This document shows positions 56,882-64,000 of a DNA stretch of 64,000 nt, piece after piece. Both the position numbers and the translations under genes were made by a program. Position 1 is the stretch's first letter. Every line of letters starts with the position of its first letter. This DNA is from an uncultured Gemmatimonadales bacterium. Lineage in GTDB: Bacteria > Gemmatimonadota > Gemmatimonadetes > Gemmatimonadales > GWC2-71-9. The stretch spans positions 992,001-1,056,000 of the forward strand of contig CAWGED010000019.1 in NCBI GenBank assembly GCA_963821525.1. Direction: 5' to 3'. A model generated the notes under the pieces. The model did no database searches and was not told where the DNA came from. It worked only from the letters and a program-made list of their open reading frames with translations.

Positions 56882-58287
56882 GCGAAGCCGCTCTGCGGTC
56901 CGAACCCGGATTGGGCCGGCGTCCGGTCGAGCGGGCATTCGATCGATCGTCCGGTGGCCCGCCAATCCCGGGAAACCGGGTTACGCTCCTGCAGGACGGT
57001 ACCGAGGTCTACCCGGCGATGCTGCGGCTCATCGCCGAGGCGCAGCACTGGATTCATTTCGAGAACTACATCATTCGGGCAGATAATATCGGCCAAAAAT
57101 TTGCCGCAGCCCTCTCCGCGCGGGCCCGCGAGGGCATCGCGGTTCGGCTGATTTACGATTGGCTCGGCTCGATCGGAACACCGCGACGCTACTGGAAGCA
57201 GCTGCGCGATGCCGGGGTGGAAATTCGCTGCTTCAATCCACCGAACCTGATCCGCCTGCTGAAAAACGTCTCGCGGAACCATCGCAAGATGGTGGTCATC
57301 GACGGCCAGCGCGCGATCGTGGGTGGCCTGTGCATCGGCGACGAGTGGACAGGAGATCCGGAGAATGGACTCCTCCCGTGGCGCGATACCGCGGTCGAGA
57401 TCGCAGGTCCGGCGGCCTCGATGATCGACGCGTCCTTCGCGCGAGTCTGGTTGACCATGGGTCCGCCGATTCCCGACGATCAGCGCTCAGCGGAGGTCCC
57501 GGAGTTCGGGGATGCCCGGGTTCGGGTTGTGGCGGGCGAGCCGGGACGCGAACGAGCCTACCGAGTCCTGGAGTATCTCGCCGCAGGATGCGGCAGCCGG
57601 CTTTGGATTACCGACGCCTACCTGGTGCCGCCCCCTCGACTGTTCACCGTCCTGGTCGAGGCCGCGCGAGAAGGCGCCGACATCAGGCTGCTGGTGCCGG
57701 GCACCAGCGACGTGCCGTTTGTGCGCAACCTGACCCGGATTGGTTACCGCGACCTCCTGCGAGCAGGGATCCGGATTGCCGAGTGGGAGGGGCCCATGCT
57801 TCACGCAAAGACCGCGGTGGTGGATGGGACCTGGTGCCGGGTGGGTTCAAGCAATCTCAATGCGTCGAGCCTGCTGGGTAATTACGAGCTGGATGTGATC
57901 ATCAATGATGCGGAGCTTGCCGCTACCATGGAGACGCAGTTCCGGAAGGATCTCGCCTCGAGTGTCGAGGTCGAACGACGCCAGCTTCCCGGTTCGGCGC
58001 GACTAGGCCGGCTGGCACCGTCCCGCCTGACCCGTCAGACAACCGGAGAACGACGGTTGGTCCCCCATAGGACCCGACGGAATCTCCGTGGACGCACTGC
58101 GATCGCTGCTCGCACCGTGATCAGTGGAGCGTGGCGATCCTTTCTGGGCCCACTCAGCCTCGGTCTCGTGGTGACGGCTCTGTTGTTCTTTGGACTGCCT
58201 CGTGCGATGGCCTACTTCGTCGGCGGGCTTTGTGTCTGGGTTGGCATCGCGGCGGGCCTCGAGGCTTGGAAGCGTCGCAAGGATTAG
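56878..58287 (+). CDS. Phospholipase D family protein (cardiolipin synthase-like)
   Basis: Two HKD motifs, HRKMVVIDG and HAKTAVVDG...GSSNL; WRDT. Confidence 0.88.
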   Translation: MSEAALRSEPGLGRRPVERAFDRSSGGPPIPGNRVTLLQDGTEVYPAMLRLIAEAQHWIHFENYIIRADNIGQKFAAALSARAREGIAVRLIYDWLGSIGTPRRYWKQLRDAGVEIRCFNPPNLIRLLKNVSRNHRKMVVIDGQRAIVGGLCIGDEWTGDPENGLLPWRDTAVEIAGPAASMIDASFARVWLTMGPPIPDDQRSAEVPEFGDARVRVVAGEPGRERAYRVLEYLAAGCGSRLWITDAYLVPPPRLFTVLVEAAREGADIRLLVPGTSDVPFVRNLTRIGYRDLLRAGIRIAEWEGPMLHAKTAVVDGTWCRVGSSNLNASSLLGNYELDVIINDAELAATMETQFRKDLASSVEVERRQLPGSARLGRLAPSRLTRQTTGERRLVPHRTRRNLRGRTAIAARTVISGAWRSFLGPLSLGLVVTALLFFGLPRAMAYFVGGLCVWVGIAAGLEAWKRRKD

Positions 58288-58547
58288 GCGTTTGCACGGT
58301 CGGGACCCCGCAGTCGCCTTCCCGCCAGCTCAAGCATCTTCCTCGTATGCCGAGCGTTCGCAGCTTGTCATTCCCTTCCCAATCCCGGATACTCCGACAC
58401 CGATCCCGTTGCCCGGCAAGGAGTTTCCCATCCAGCCGACCCGTCCTCGATGCTTCATCAATCAAGTAACCGGGGGGACCGGGGTGCGGAACTCAACATC
58501 GGAGTCGTCCGCTGCGTAGTCCTGAGATAACCGACGCCGCCCTGGCC

Positions 58548-59069
58548 GTGGCCGCCCAGAAGGGTGACCGTGAGGCGTTCGGTGAGCTGGTCCGGCGCTA
58601 CGGGCCGGCGGCACGACGGGTGGCGCGGGCTGTCCTTCACCACCCCGAGGACGCCGACGACGCCGCACAGGATGGCTTTTTCTCGGCGTGGCGGAACATC
58701 AACCGGTACGATCCGGGGCGGCAATTCGGTCCCTGGGTCCTCAGAATCGTGGTTAATGCGGCCCATGACCTTCGTCGCCGCAGACAGATCAGGGAAACCG
58801 ATCCGGTGAGCCCGCAACTTTCCGGAGGCGAAGCATCACCTGCGGCGCTGGTCGAGCAGGGAGAGCTGGGTGAACGCATCGACGGGGCCCTGCAGGGTTT
58901 GCCGGAACGACAACGGCTCGCCGTTGTGCTCTTCGATGCGGAAGGATTTTCCCACGGAGAGATCGCCCAAATGCTGGGAATCCCGGAGGGAACCGTACGA
59001 TCGGATGTCTTTCATGCGCGGAGAGCCTTACGCGCACAATTGGGACTAGAGCCTCGAGGTGATTCGTGA
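58548..59069 (+). CDS. ECF RNA polymerase sigma factor; true start may lie slightly upstream
   Basis: GDREAFGELV, DADDAAQDGF, WVLRIVVN, EGFSHGEIA, GTVRS. Confidence 0.88.
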   Translation: MAAQKGDREAFGELVRRYGPAARRVARAVLHHPEDADDAAQDGFFSAWRNINRYDPGRQFGPWVLRIVVNAAHDLRRRRQIRETDPVSPQLSGGEASPAALVEQGELGERIDGALQGLPERQRLAVVLFDAEGFSHGEIAQMLGIPEGTVRSDVFHARRALRAQLGLEPRGDS

Positions 59070-59389
59070 CCCAGAAATTCAACCTTTCCGAGCACCCGCC
59101 GGATCCCGAGATCGGGGGACTGCTTCGCACTCATCTCGAGGGGCTGGCTCCGGAACAGTTCGCCCATCGAGTCATGGCGGGACTCCCGCAGCGCTTCACG
59201 CTGGACAGCTGGGAGGTTCTCGCTCGCTGGGCCCGACCGGGTATCGCGGCAGCGGCGATCATCACGGCTGCCCTTGGGGCGTGGCTCGCGTTTCCCCGGC
59301 AAAGCGACCCGGTCGGCGAGCCCCTGCTCGAGCTGAGCACGGCGGCCGACAGCGAACTCATTCTCTCAGCCTTGATCCCCGAACCATGA
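59066..59389 (+). CDS. Small single-TM protein, putative anti-sigma factor
   Basis: GTGA-coupled to the sigma gene; one TM (GIAAAAIITAALGAWLA). Confidence 0.6.
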   Translation: MTQKFNLSEHPPDPEIGGLLRTHLEGLAPEQFAHRVMAGLPQRFTLDSWEVLARWARPGIAAAAIITAALGAWLAFPRQSDPVGEPLLELSTAADSELILSALIPEP

Positions 59390-59402
59390 GAAACATCGTC
59401 CG

Positions 59403-59798
59403 ATGATTCGCAGCACCTGGAAGGCGGGCATTCTTCTTCTCGCCGCATTCGTTCTCGGCGCTGCCGTTGGCGGAGCCGTGACTGCCCGGGTTTCCCACCG
59501 GAGCTCATGGGAGGGTAAGCCCCGGGACAGGATGGAAGGCTACCTTCGGCTGCTGGGCGAGAATCTGGATCTGAGCAGCACCCAGCGCGATAGCGTTCGG
59601 GCCATCCTTGAACGCCATCGGGGAGACATGGACGCGATCTGGCAGGAAGTTGCCCCGCGCTATGAAACCATGCGCTCACAAATCCGTTCAGAGATCCGCA
59701 CTCAGCTTACTCCGGAACAACAGAAGAAGTACGCGGACCTCACGTCCCGGTTGGACCAGGAGCGGCGCGAGATGAACACCCCCGCTCCCCACCAATGA
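59403..59798 (+). CDS. Membrane-anchored helical Spy/CpxP-like periplasmic protein
   Basis: N-terminal TM; LDLSSTQ and QLTPEQQ (LTxxQ-like) motifs. Confidence 0.7.
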   Translation: MIRSTWKAGILLLAAFVLGAAVGGAVTARVSHRSSWEGKPRDRMEGYLRLLGENLDLSSTQRDSVRAILERHRGDMDAIWQEVAPRYETMRSQIRSEIRTQLTPEQQKKYADLTSRLDQERREMNTPAPHQ

Positions 59799-61123
59799 TG
59801 CAGATGACCCGTCTTCTCCGACTGGCCTTTGAATCCGGCTTCCCCGCAGCGGCGCTGATGACCACGGTCTCGGTTGTGGCGGCGCAGCAGCCTATCGTGA
59901 CGCTCCAGGAAGCCAGGAAAATGGCCCAGGCCGTCGAGCCTACCGTGGTCGGTGCGCTGGGCGCGGTACGCAACGCGGACGCCCAGGTTCGGAGCGCCAA
60001 GGGCGCCTGGCTGCCAAGTCTCAGTGCCTCTTCGTTTGGAGGCACGACCTATCAGGAAGGTCCACCTCGAGTCAATTCGAGTACCGGGGAGCTGGTGGGC
60101 GGTAACACGTCATCCCAGAATCTCAATTTCGGGCTCAATGCGAGCTGGGACCTTTTCACGGGCTTCCGTCGAGGCGCTGATTCACGGGCGGCGCATGCGG
60201 CCCGCGATGCGGCGGACGCCGGGCTGATCGATGCGAACTACCAGGCGAGCCTCGCCGCGACGCAGCAGTTCTTCACCGCCCTGGCGGCCCAGCAGCTGGT
60301 GCGGGTGCGTGAGGCAAGCGTCCGGCGGGCGGAGGAACAGCTCAAGCTGGCAGTCGCGAAGCTCAGCGCGGGAAGCGCCACCCGTTCCGACTCGCTCAGA
60401 TCGGTGGTGACACTGGGCAACACGCAGCTGGCGCTGGTGAGCGCGCAGGCCGACGTGGCCGCCGCCCAGGCCGAACTGGCGCGGCTGATCGGCGCCGAAG
60501 GCCGGGTGACGGCAGCCGACGACAGCGCCTTCTACCAGGTCGCAAGCCAGCTTGATACCCTCGCGCTCCTGAAGGAGGCTCTCGCGGAGTCGCCCAGGGT
60601 TCAGGCCGCCGAGGCAAGCGCGCGCGCTGCCGACGCCAACCTCGCGTCCACCAAGTCGGCCTACTGGCCGACTCTCACTCTCGGGGCCTCGACCGGCTGG
60701 TCGGGGACCGAGAACCGCAATTGGGAGCTGTTCAACCAGCGGCAACTGGGCGTGGGCCTGAACTGGAATCTGTTCAACGGATTCAACCGGGAGGAATCGA
60801 TCACCATCCGGTCGAGCACGTTGGATCAGGCGGAGGCCACAGCGAGCGATACCCGCCGCCAGGTGTCTTCCGTTCTGACGGCACAATTTGCCCTGTTGGA
60901 TGCCGCCAGGCTCAAGATTGATATCGCCCAGACCAGCGTCGCGGCGGCGCAGGAAGATCTTCGGGTCGTGGAGCAGCGCTACCGCGTGGGGGCCGCCACG
61001 ATTCTCGACCTGCTCAACTCGCAGGAAGCGCTCACCCAGGCCGAGGTGGATGCGGTTGCCGCCCGGTTCGACTATCTCCGTGCCAAGGCACAGATTGAAG
61101 CACTCATCGGACGGGACCTATGA
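59795..61123 (+). CDS. TolC family outer-membrane efflux protein
   Basis: Two OEP repeats (GAWLPSL / AYWPTL, WDLFTGF / WNLFNGF), [13 protein letters not shown]. Confidence 0.9.
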   Translation: MMQMTRLLRLAFESGFPAAALMTTVSVVAAQQPIVTLQEARKMAQAVEPTVVGALGAVRNADAQVRSAKGAWLPSLSASSFGGTTYQEGPPRVNSSTGELVGGNTSSQNLNFGLNASWDLFTGFRRGADSRAAHAARDAADAGLIDANYQASLAATQQFFTALAAQQLVRVREASVRRAEEQLKLAVAKLSAGSATRSDSLRSVVTLGNTQLALVSAQADVAAAQAELARLIGAEGRVTAADDSAFYQVASQLDTLALLKEALAESPRVQAAEASARAADANLASTKSAYWPTLTLGASTGWSGTENRNWELFNQRQLGVGLNWNLFNGFNREESITIRSSTLDQAEATASDTRRQVSSVLTAQFALLDAARLKIDIAQTSVAAAQEDLRVVEQRYRVGAATILDLLNSQEALTQAEVDAVAARFDYLRAKAQIEALIGRDL

Positions 61124-61878
61124 CCTCTGCCCTGAACTCGACCGACGAACGGATGGCTGTTCTGCCCAGCGACGTCCCCCGGGACGCCATTATTGTCACC
61201 CGCAACCTGCAGCGGGAATACGACATGGGCGGTGAGATCGTGCGGGCACTGCGGGGGGTCGATATCACGATCCGCCGCAACGAATTCGTCGCGATCATGG
61301 GTCCGTCAGGCTCGGGCAAGTCCACCTTGATGAACATGATCGGTTGCCTGGACACTCCGACCCACGGCGAATACTGGCTGAACGGCCACCGGGTGTCGGA
61401 GCTGGAAGACAATGAACTGGCCCGGATCCGGAACAAGGAGATCGGGTTCGTGTTCCAGACCTTCAACCTGCTCCCACGGGCAACCGCGCTGCATAACGTG
61501 GAGCTGCCGCTGGTCTACGCCGGCGTACCGGGTAAAGAGCGGAAGGCACGAGCCGTGGATGCGCTTACCCAGGTCGGATTGGCCGACCGGATGGAGCACC
61601 GTCCCAATGAGCTGTCGGGCGGTCAGCGGCAGCGGGTGGCGATCGCGCGAGCGTTGGTAAACCAGCCCAGCATCATCCTGGCCGACGAGCCGACCGGTAA
61701 TCTGGATTCGACCACCAGCATCGAGATCCTGGCACTGTTCAACCAGCTGCACCAGCAGAACCAGACCATCGTCCTCGTGACCCACGAGCACGACATCGCG
61801 GCGCACGCGCGGCGGCAGGTGCATCTGAAGGATGGGATGGTGGAGCAGGACTTCGCGACCAAGGCCAAAGCCGAATGA
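61120..61878 (+). CDS. ABC transporter ATP-binding protein (MacB/LolD type)
   Basis: [45 protein letters not shown]. Confidence 0.95.
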   Translation: MTSALNSTDERMAVLPSDVPRDAIIVTRNLQREYDMGGEIVRALRGVDITIRRNEFVAIMGPSGSGKSTLMNMIGCLDTPTHGEYWLNGHRVSELEDNELARIRNKEIGFVFQTFNLLPRATALHNVELPLVYAGVPGKERKARAVDALTQVGLADRMEHRPNELSGGQRQRVAIARALVNQPSIILADEPTGNLDSTTSIEILALFNQLHQQNQTIVLVTHEHDIAAHARRQVHLKDGMVEQDFATKAKAE

Positions 61879-63404
61879 CCGCTGACACGTGGGATTCCAT
61901 GCTGATGCGTAAGACCCTTCTGACTTTTCTGACGCTGGCAGTGGCTTGCAAGGAACCGCCGCCGCCGCCGCCGCCTGCATACCTGGCCGTTCCGGTGGAG
62001 CGCCGTGACATCGTGGTTTCGGCCCGCGCCAATGGGGCCATCCAGCCCGACACGACCGTCGAGGTCAAGTCCAAGGCCTCGGGTGAGATCCTGGAGATGC
62101 TGGTGGAGACCGGAGCACAGGCGAAGCGCGGCCAGCTCATGGTAACGATCGATCCTCGCCAGCCGCGGAACGACCTCGCTCAGGCGGACGCCAACCTCGA
62201 AGTGGCGAAAGCCAAACTGGCCAACGCCACTGCGCAGAAGCACCGGGCCGACGAGCTATTCAGCTCCCAGGCCCTGACCGAAACCGAGCACGATCAGGCG
62301 ATGCTGGACTACGCCAATGCGAAGGCGGAGGTGGTGACCGCCCAGGTACAAGTCGAAAACGCGAAGATCCAGCTCGAGGACACCGACGTTCGGGCCCCTA
62401 TTTCCGGCACCATCATCGAGAAGGACGTCGAGCGGGGTCAGGTGATCTCGTCGCCTACGAAGGACGTGGGCGGGGGGACGGTGCTGCTCAAGATGGCCGA
62501 TCTCAATCTGGTCCAGGTGAAGACTTTGGTGGACGAGACCGACATCGGAAAAATCCAGTCGGGTCTCCGGGCTTCAATTACGGTTGACGCCTACCCCAAT
62601 CATCAGTTCGATGGGACGGTGCTCAAGATCGAGCCGCAGGCGACGATCGTACAGAACGTCACCATGTTCCCGGTGCTGGTGCGAATCGACAATCGAGAGG
62701 GTCTGCTACGGCCCGGAATGAATACCGAGGTGGAGATCCATGTCGGCCGTCGAGACAGCGTGCTCGCGATTCCCAACGCGGCGCTCCGCACTCAGCGTGA
62801 CGTCGGCTCTGCCGCCCAGGTACTCGGCCTCTCGATGTCCGACGTGCAGGCCCAGCTTGCCAAAGGGAGTGCGAGCGGCGGAGAACAACCGCAGACCACC
62901 GCGAGCCAGGGTGGCGGCGGGACCAATCCCAAGGGCGCCAATACCCTGACCCTGCCGGATGGACGTAGCGTCGTGCTGCCCGCCGGTGTCACCGAGGAGC
63001 AGGTCAAGGCCATTTTCCAGAAGCGGATGAGCGGGCAGGAACCGACTGCGGAGGAACGGGCATTGCTTCGGCGGGTGTTTGCCGGGATGGGCGGCGGTCA
63101 GAGCGGGGGAAGCCGGAACCAGCCAGACACCCGGTTCGGGGGACGCTACATCGTGTTCGCTCGTCGGGGCGGAACCATCGTGCCGCTCAATATCAAAACT
63201 GGTCTCACGGACCTGGACTACACCGAGGTGGTCTCCGGCTTGAATCCTGAAGACTCGGTTCTCGTGCTGCCCAGCGCGAGCCTGGTTCAGTCCCAGCAGG
63301 AGTTCAAGGAACGGGTGACCCGGGTGACGGGCAGCGGATTGCCGGGACTGCAGTCGCCGCAACAGGGGACTTCCAAGGCCCCGACGACCACAACAAGGCC
63401 CTGA
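61875..63404 (+). CDS. Efflux periplasmic adaptor subunit (MacA/HlyD family)
   Basis: VEVKSKASG, coiled coil, RAPISG, VDETDIG, LRPGM, TGLTD. Confidence 0.9.
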   Translation: MTADTWDSMLMRKTLLTFLTLAVACKEPPPPPPPAYLAVPVERRDIVVSARANGAIQPDTTVEVKSKASGEILEMLVETGAQAKRGQLMVTIDPRQPRNDLAQADANLEVAKAKLANATAQKHRADELFSSQALTETEHDQAMLDYANAKAEVVTAQVQVENAKIQLEDTDVRAPISGTIIEKDVERGQVISSPTKDVGGGTVLLKMADLNLVQVKTLVDETDIGKIQSGLRASITVDAYPNHQFDGTVLKIEPQATIVQNVTMFPVLVRIDNREGLLRPGMNTEVEIHVGRRDSVLAIPNAALRTQRDVGSAAQVLGLSMSDVQAQLAKGSASGGEQPQTTASQGGGGTNPKGANTLTLPDGRSVVLPAGVTEEQVKAIFQKRMSGQEPTAEERALLRRVFAGMGGGQSGGSRNQPDTRFGGRYIVFARRGGTIVPLNIKTGLTDLDYTEVVSGLNPEDSVLVLPSASLVQSQQEFKERVTRVTGSGLPGLQSPQQGTSKAPTTTTRP

Positions 63405-63407
63405 CGC

Positions 63408-64000
63408 ATGCTGATCGGAGAGACTGTCGCGGTCGCTCTGCAATCCATCAAGGCCAATGCCCTGCGCTCTATTCTTACGGCGCTCGGCATCATCATCGGC
63501 GTGGCGGCGGTCATCACGATGGTGGCACTTGGCACCGGAGCCCAGAAGGCGGTGGAGGATCAGATCGCTTCGCTGGGAGCCAATGTCCTGAGCGTGTATC
63601 CCGGCATGTCGTTCAGCGGCGGCGTCGCCTCGACCAACCGGGTCAGTCTCACCATTGACGACGCCGATGCTCTGGAGCGGGACGGCCAGTTTATCAAGGC
63701 CGTGGTGCCCGAAATCGTTTCGCAGCAGCAGATCAAGTACATCAACAAGAACATCAATACCAACGTCACCGGCACGACGGCGAATTTCCCCGAGGTCCGG
63801 AACTACACGATCGCCCAGGGGAGGATGTTCACCAGTGGAGATGACGCCGCTCGTGAGCGGTATGCCGTACTCGGCGCCGACATACCGGAACTGCTGGAGG
63901 CCAATCCGGTCGGGCTGCTCCACCAGACGATCCTGATTCGAGGCATCGCGTTCGAGATCATCGGGATCATGGCTTCCAAGGGCGCCACGGGGTCATGGCA
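63408..64000 (+). CDS. MacB-like ABC transporter permease; 3'-truncated by the window
   Basis: Hand-translated MLIGETVAVALQSIKANALRSILTALGIIIGVAAVITMVALGTGAQK...LGAN; frame open to the window end. Confidence 0.92.
   Translation, partial: MLIGETVAVALQSIKANALRSILTALGIIIGVAAVITMVALGTGAQKAVEDQIASLGANVLSVYPGMSFSGGVASTNRVSLTIDDADALERDGQFIKAVVPEIVSQQQIKYINKNINTNVTGTTANFPEVRNYTIAQGRMFTSGDDAARERYAVLGADIPELLEANPVGLLHQTILIRGIAFEIIGIMASKGATGSW

Overview
High-GC, densely coded bacterial chromosomal segment. Gene content and order suggest Gemmatimonadota (inference only). Left to right: 3' end of metH plus a bifunctional Hcy-methyltransferase/MTHFR gene; a complete kdp locus (extra 27-aa peptide, kdpFABC, kdpDE); acyl-CoA dehydrogenase; dacB; a divergent chromate-resistance cluster (chrF-like/ocd-like/chrA opposite chrB/DUF5916-like/DUF1259-like); an ECF sigma/anti-sigma pair; a His/Cys-rich leader ORF ending in QGPP whose 3' end can pair with the ribosome-binding site of a downstream TonB-dependent receptor; an aminotransferase; a truncated BtuF-like gene; an Ig-repeat lipoprotein; peptidases; a coupled run ending in a polymerase-dead PolX and nth; a VIT-vWA/ECF/twin anti-sigma module; tnaA; marR; an MBOAT-SGNH pair; yyaL; a cyclophilin; fadL plus an SGNH lipoprotein; a cardiolipin-synthase-like PLD; and an ECF-TolC-MacAB-like efflux operon running off the right edge. 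Several genes carry frameshifts, often at short homopolymers, which looks like long-read consensus error. No rRNA, tRNA, CRISPR array, integrase or transposase was recognised. All family assignments are by eye from motifs; no database searches were run.
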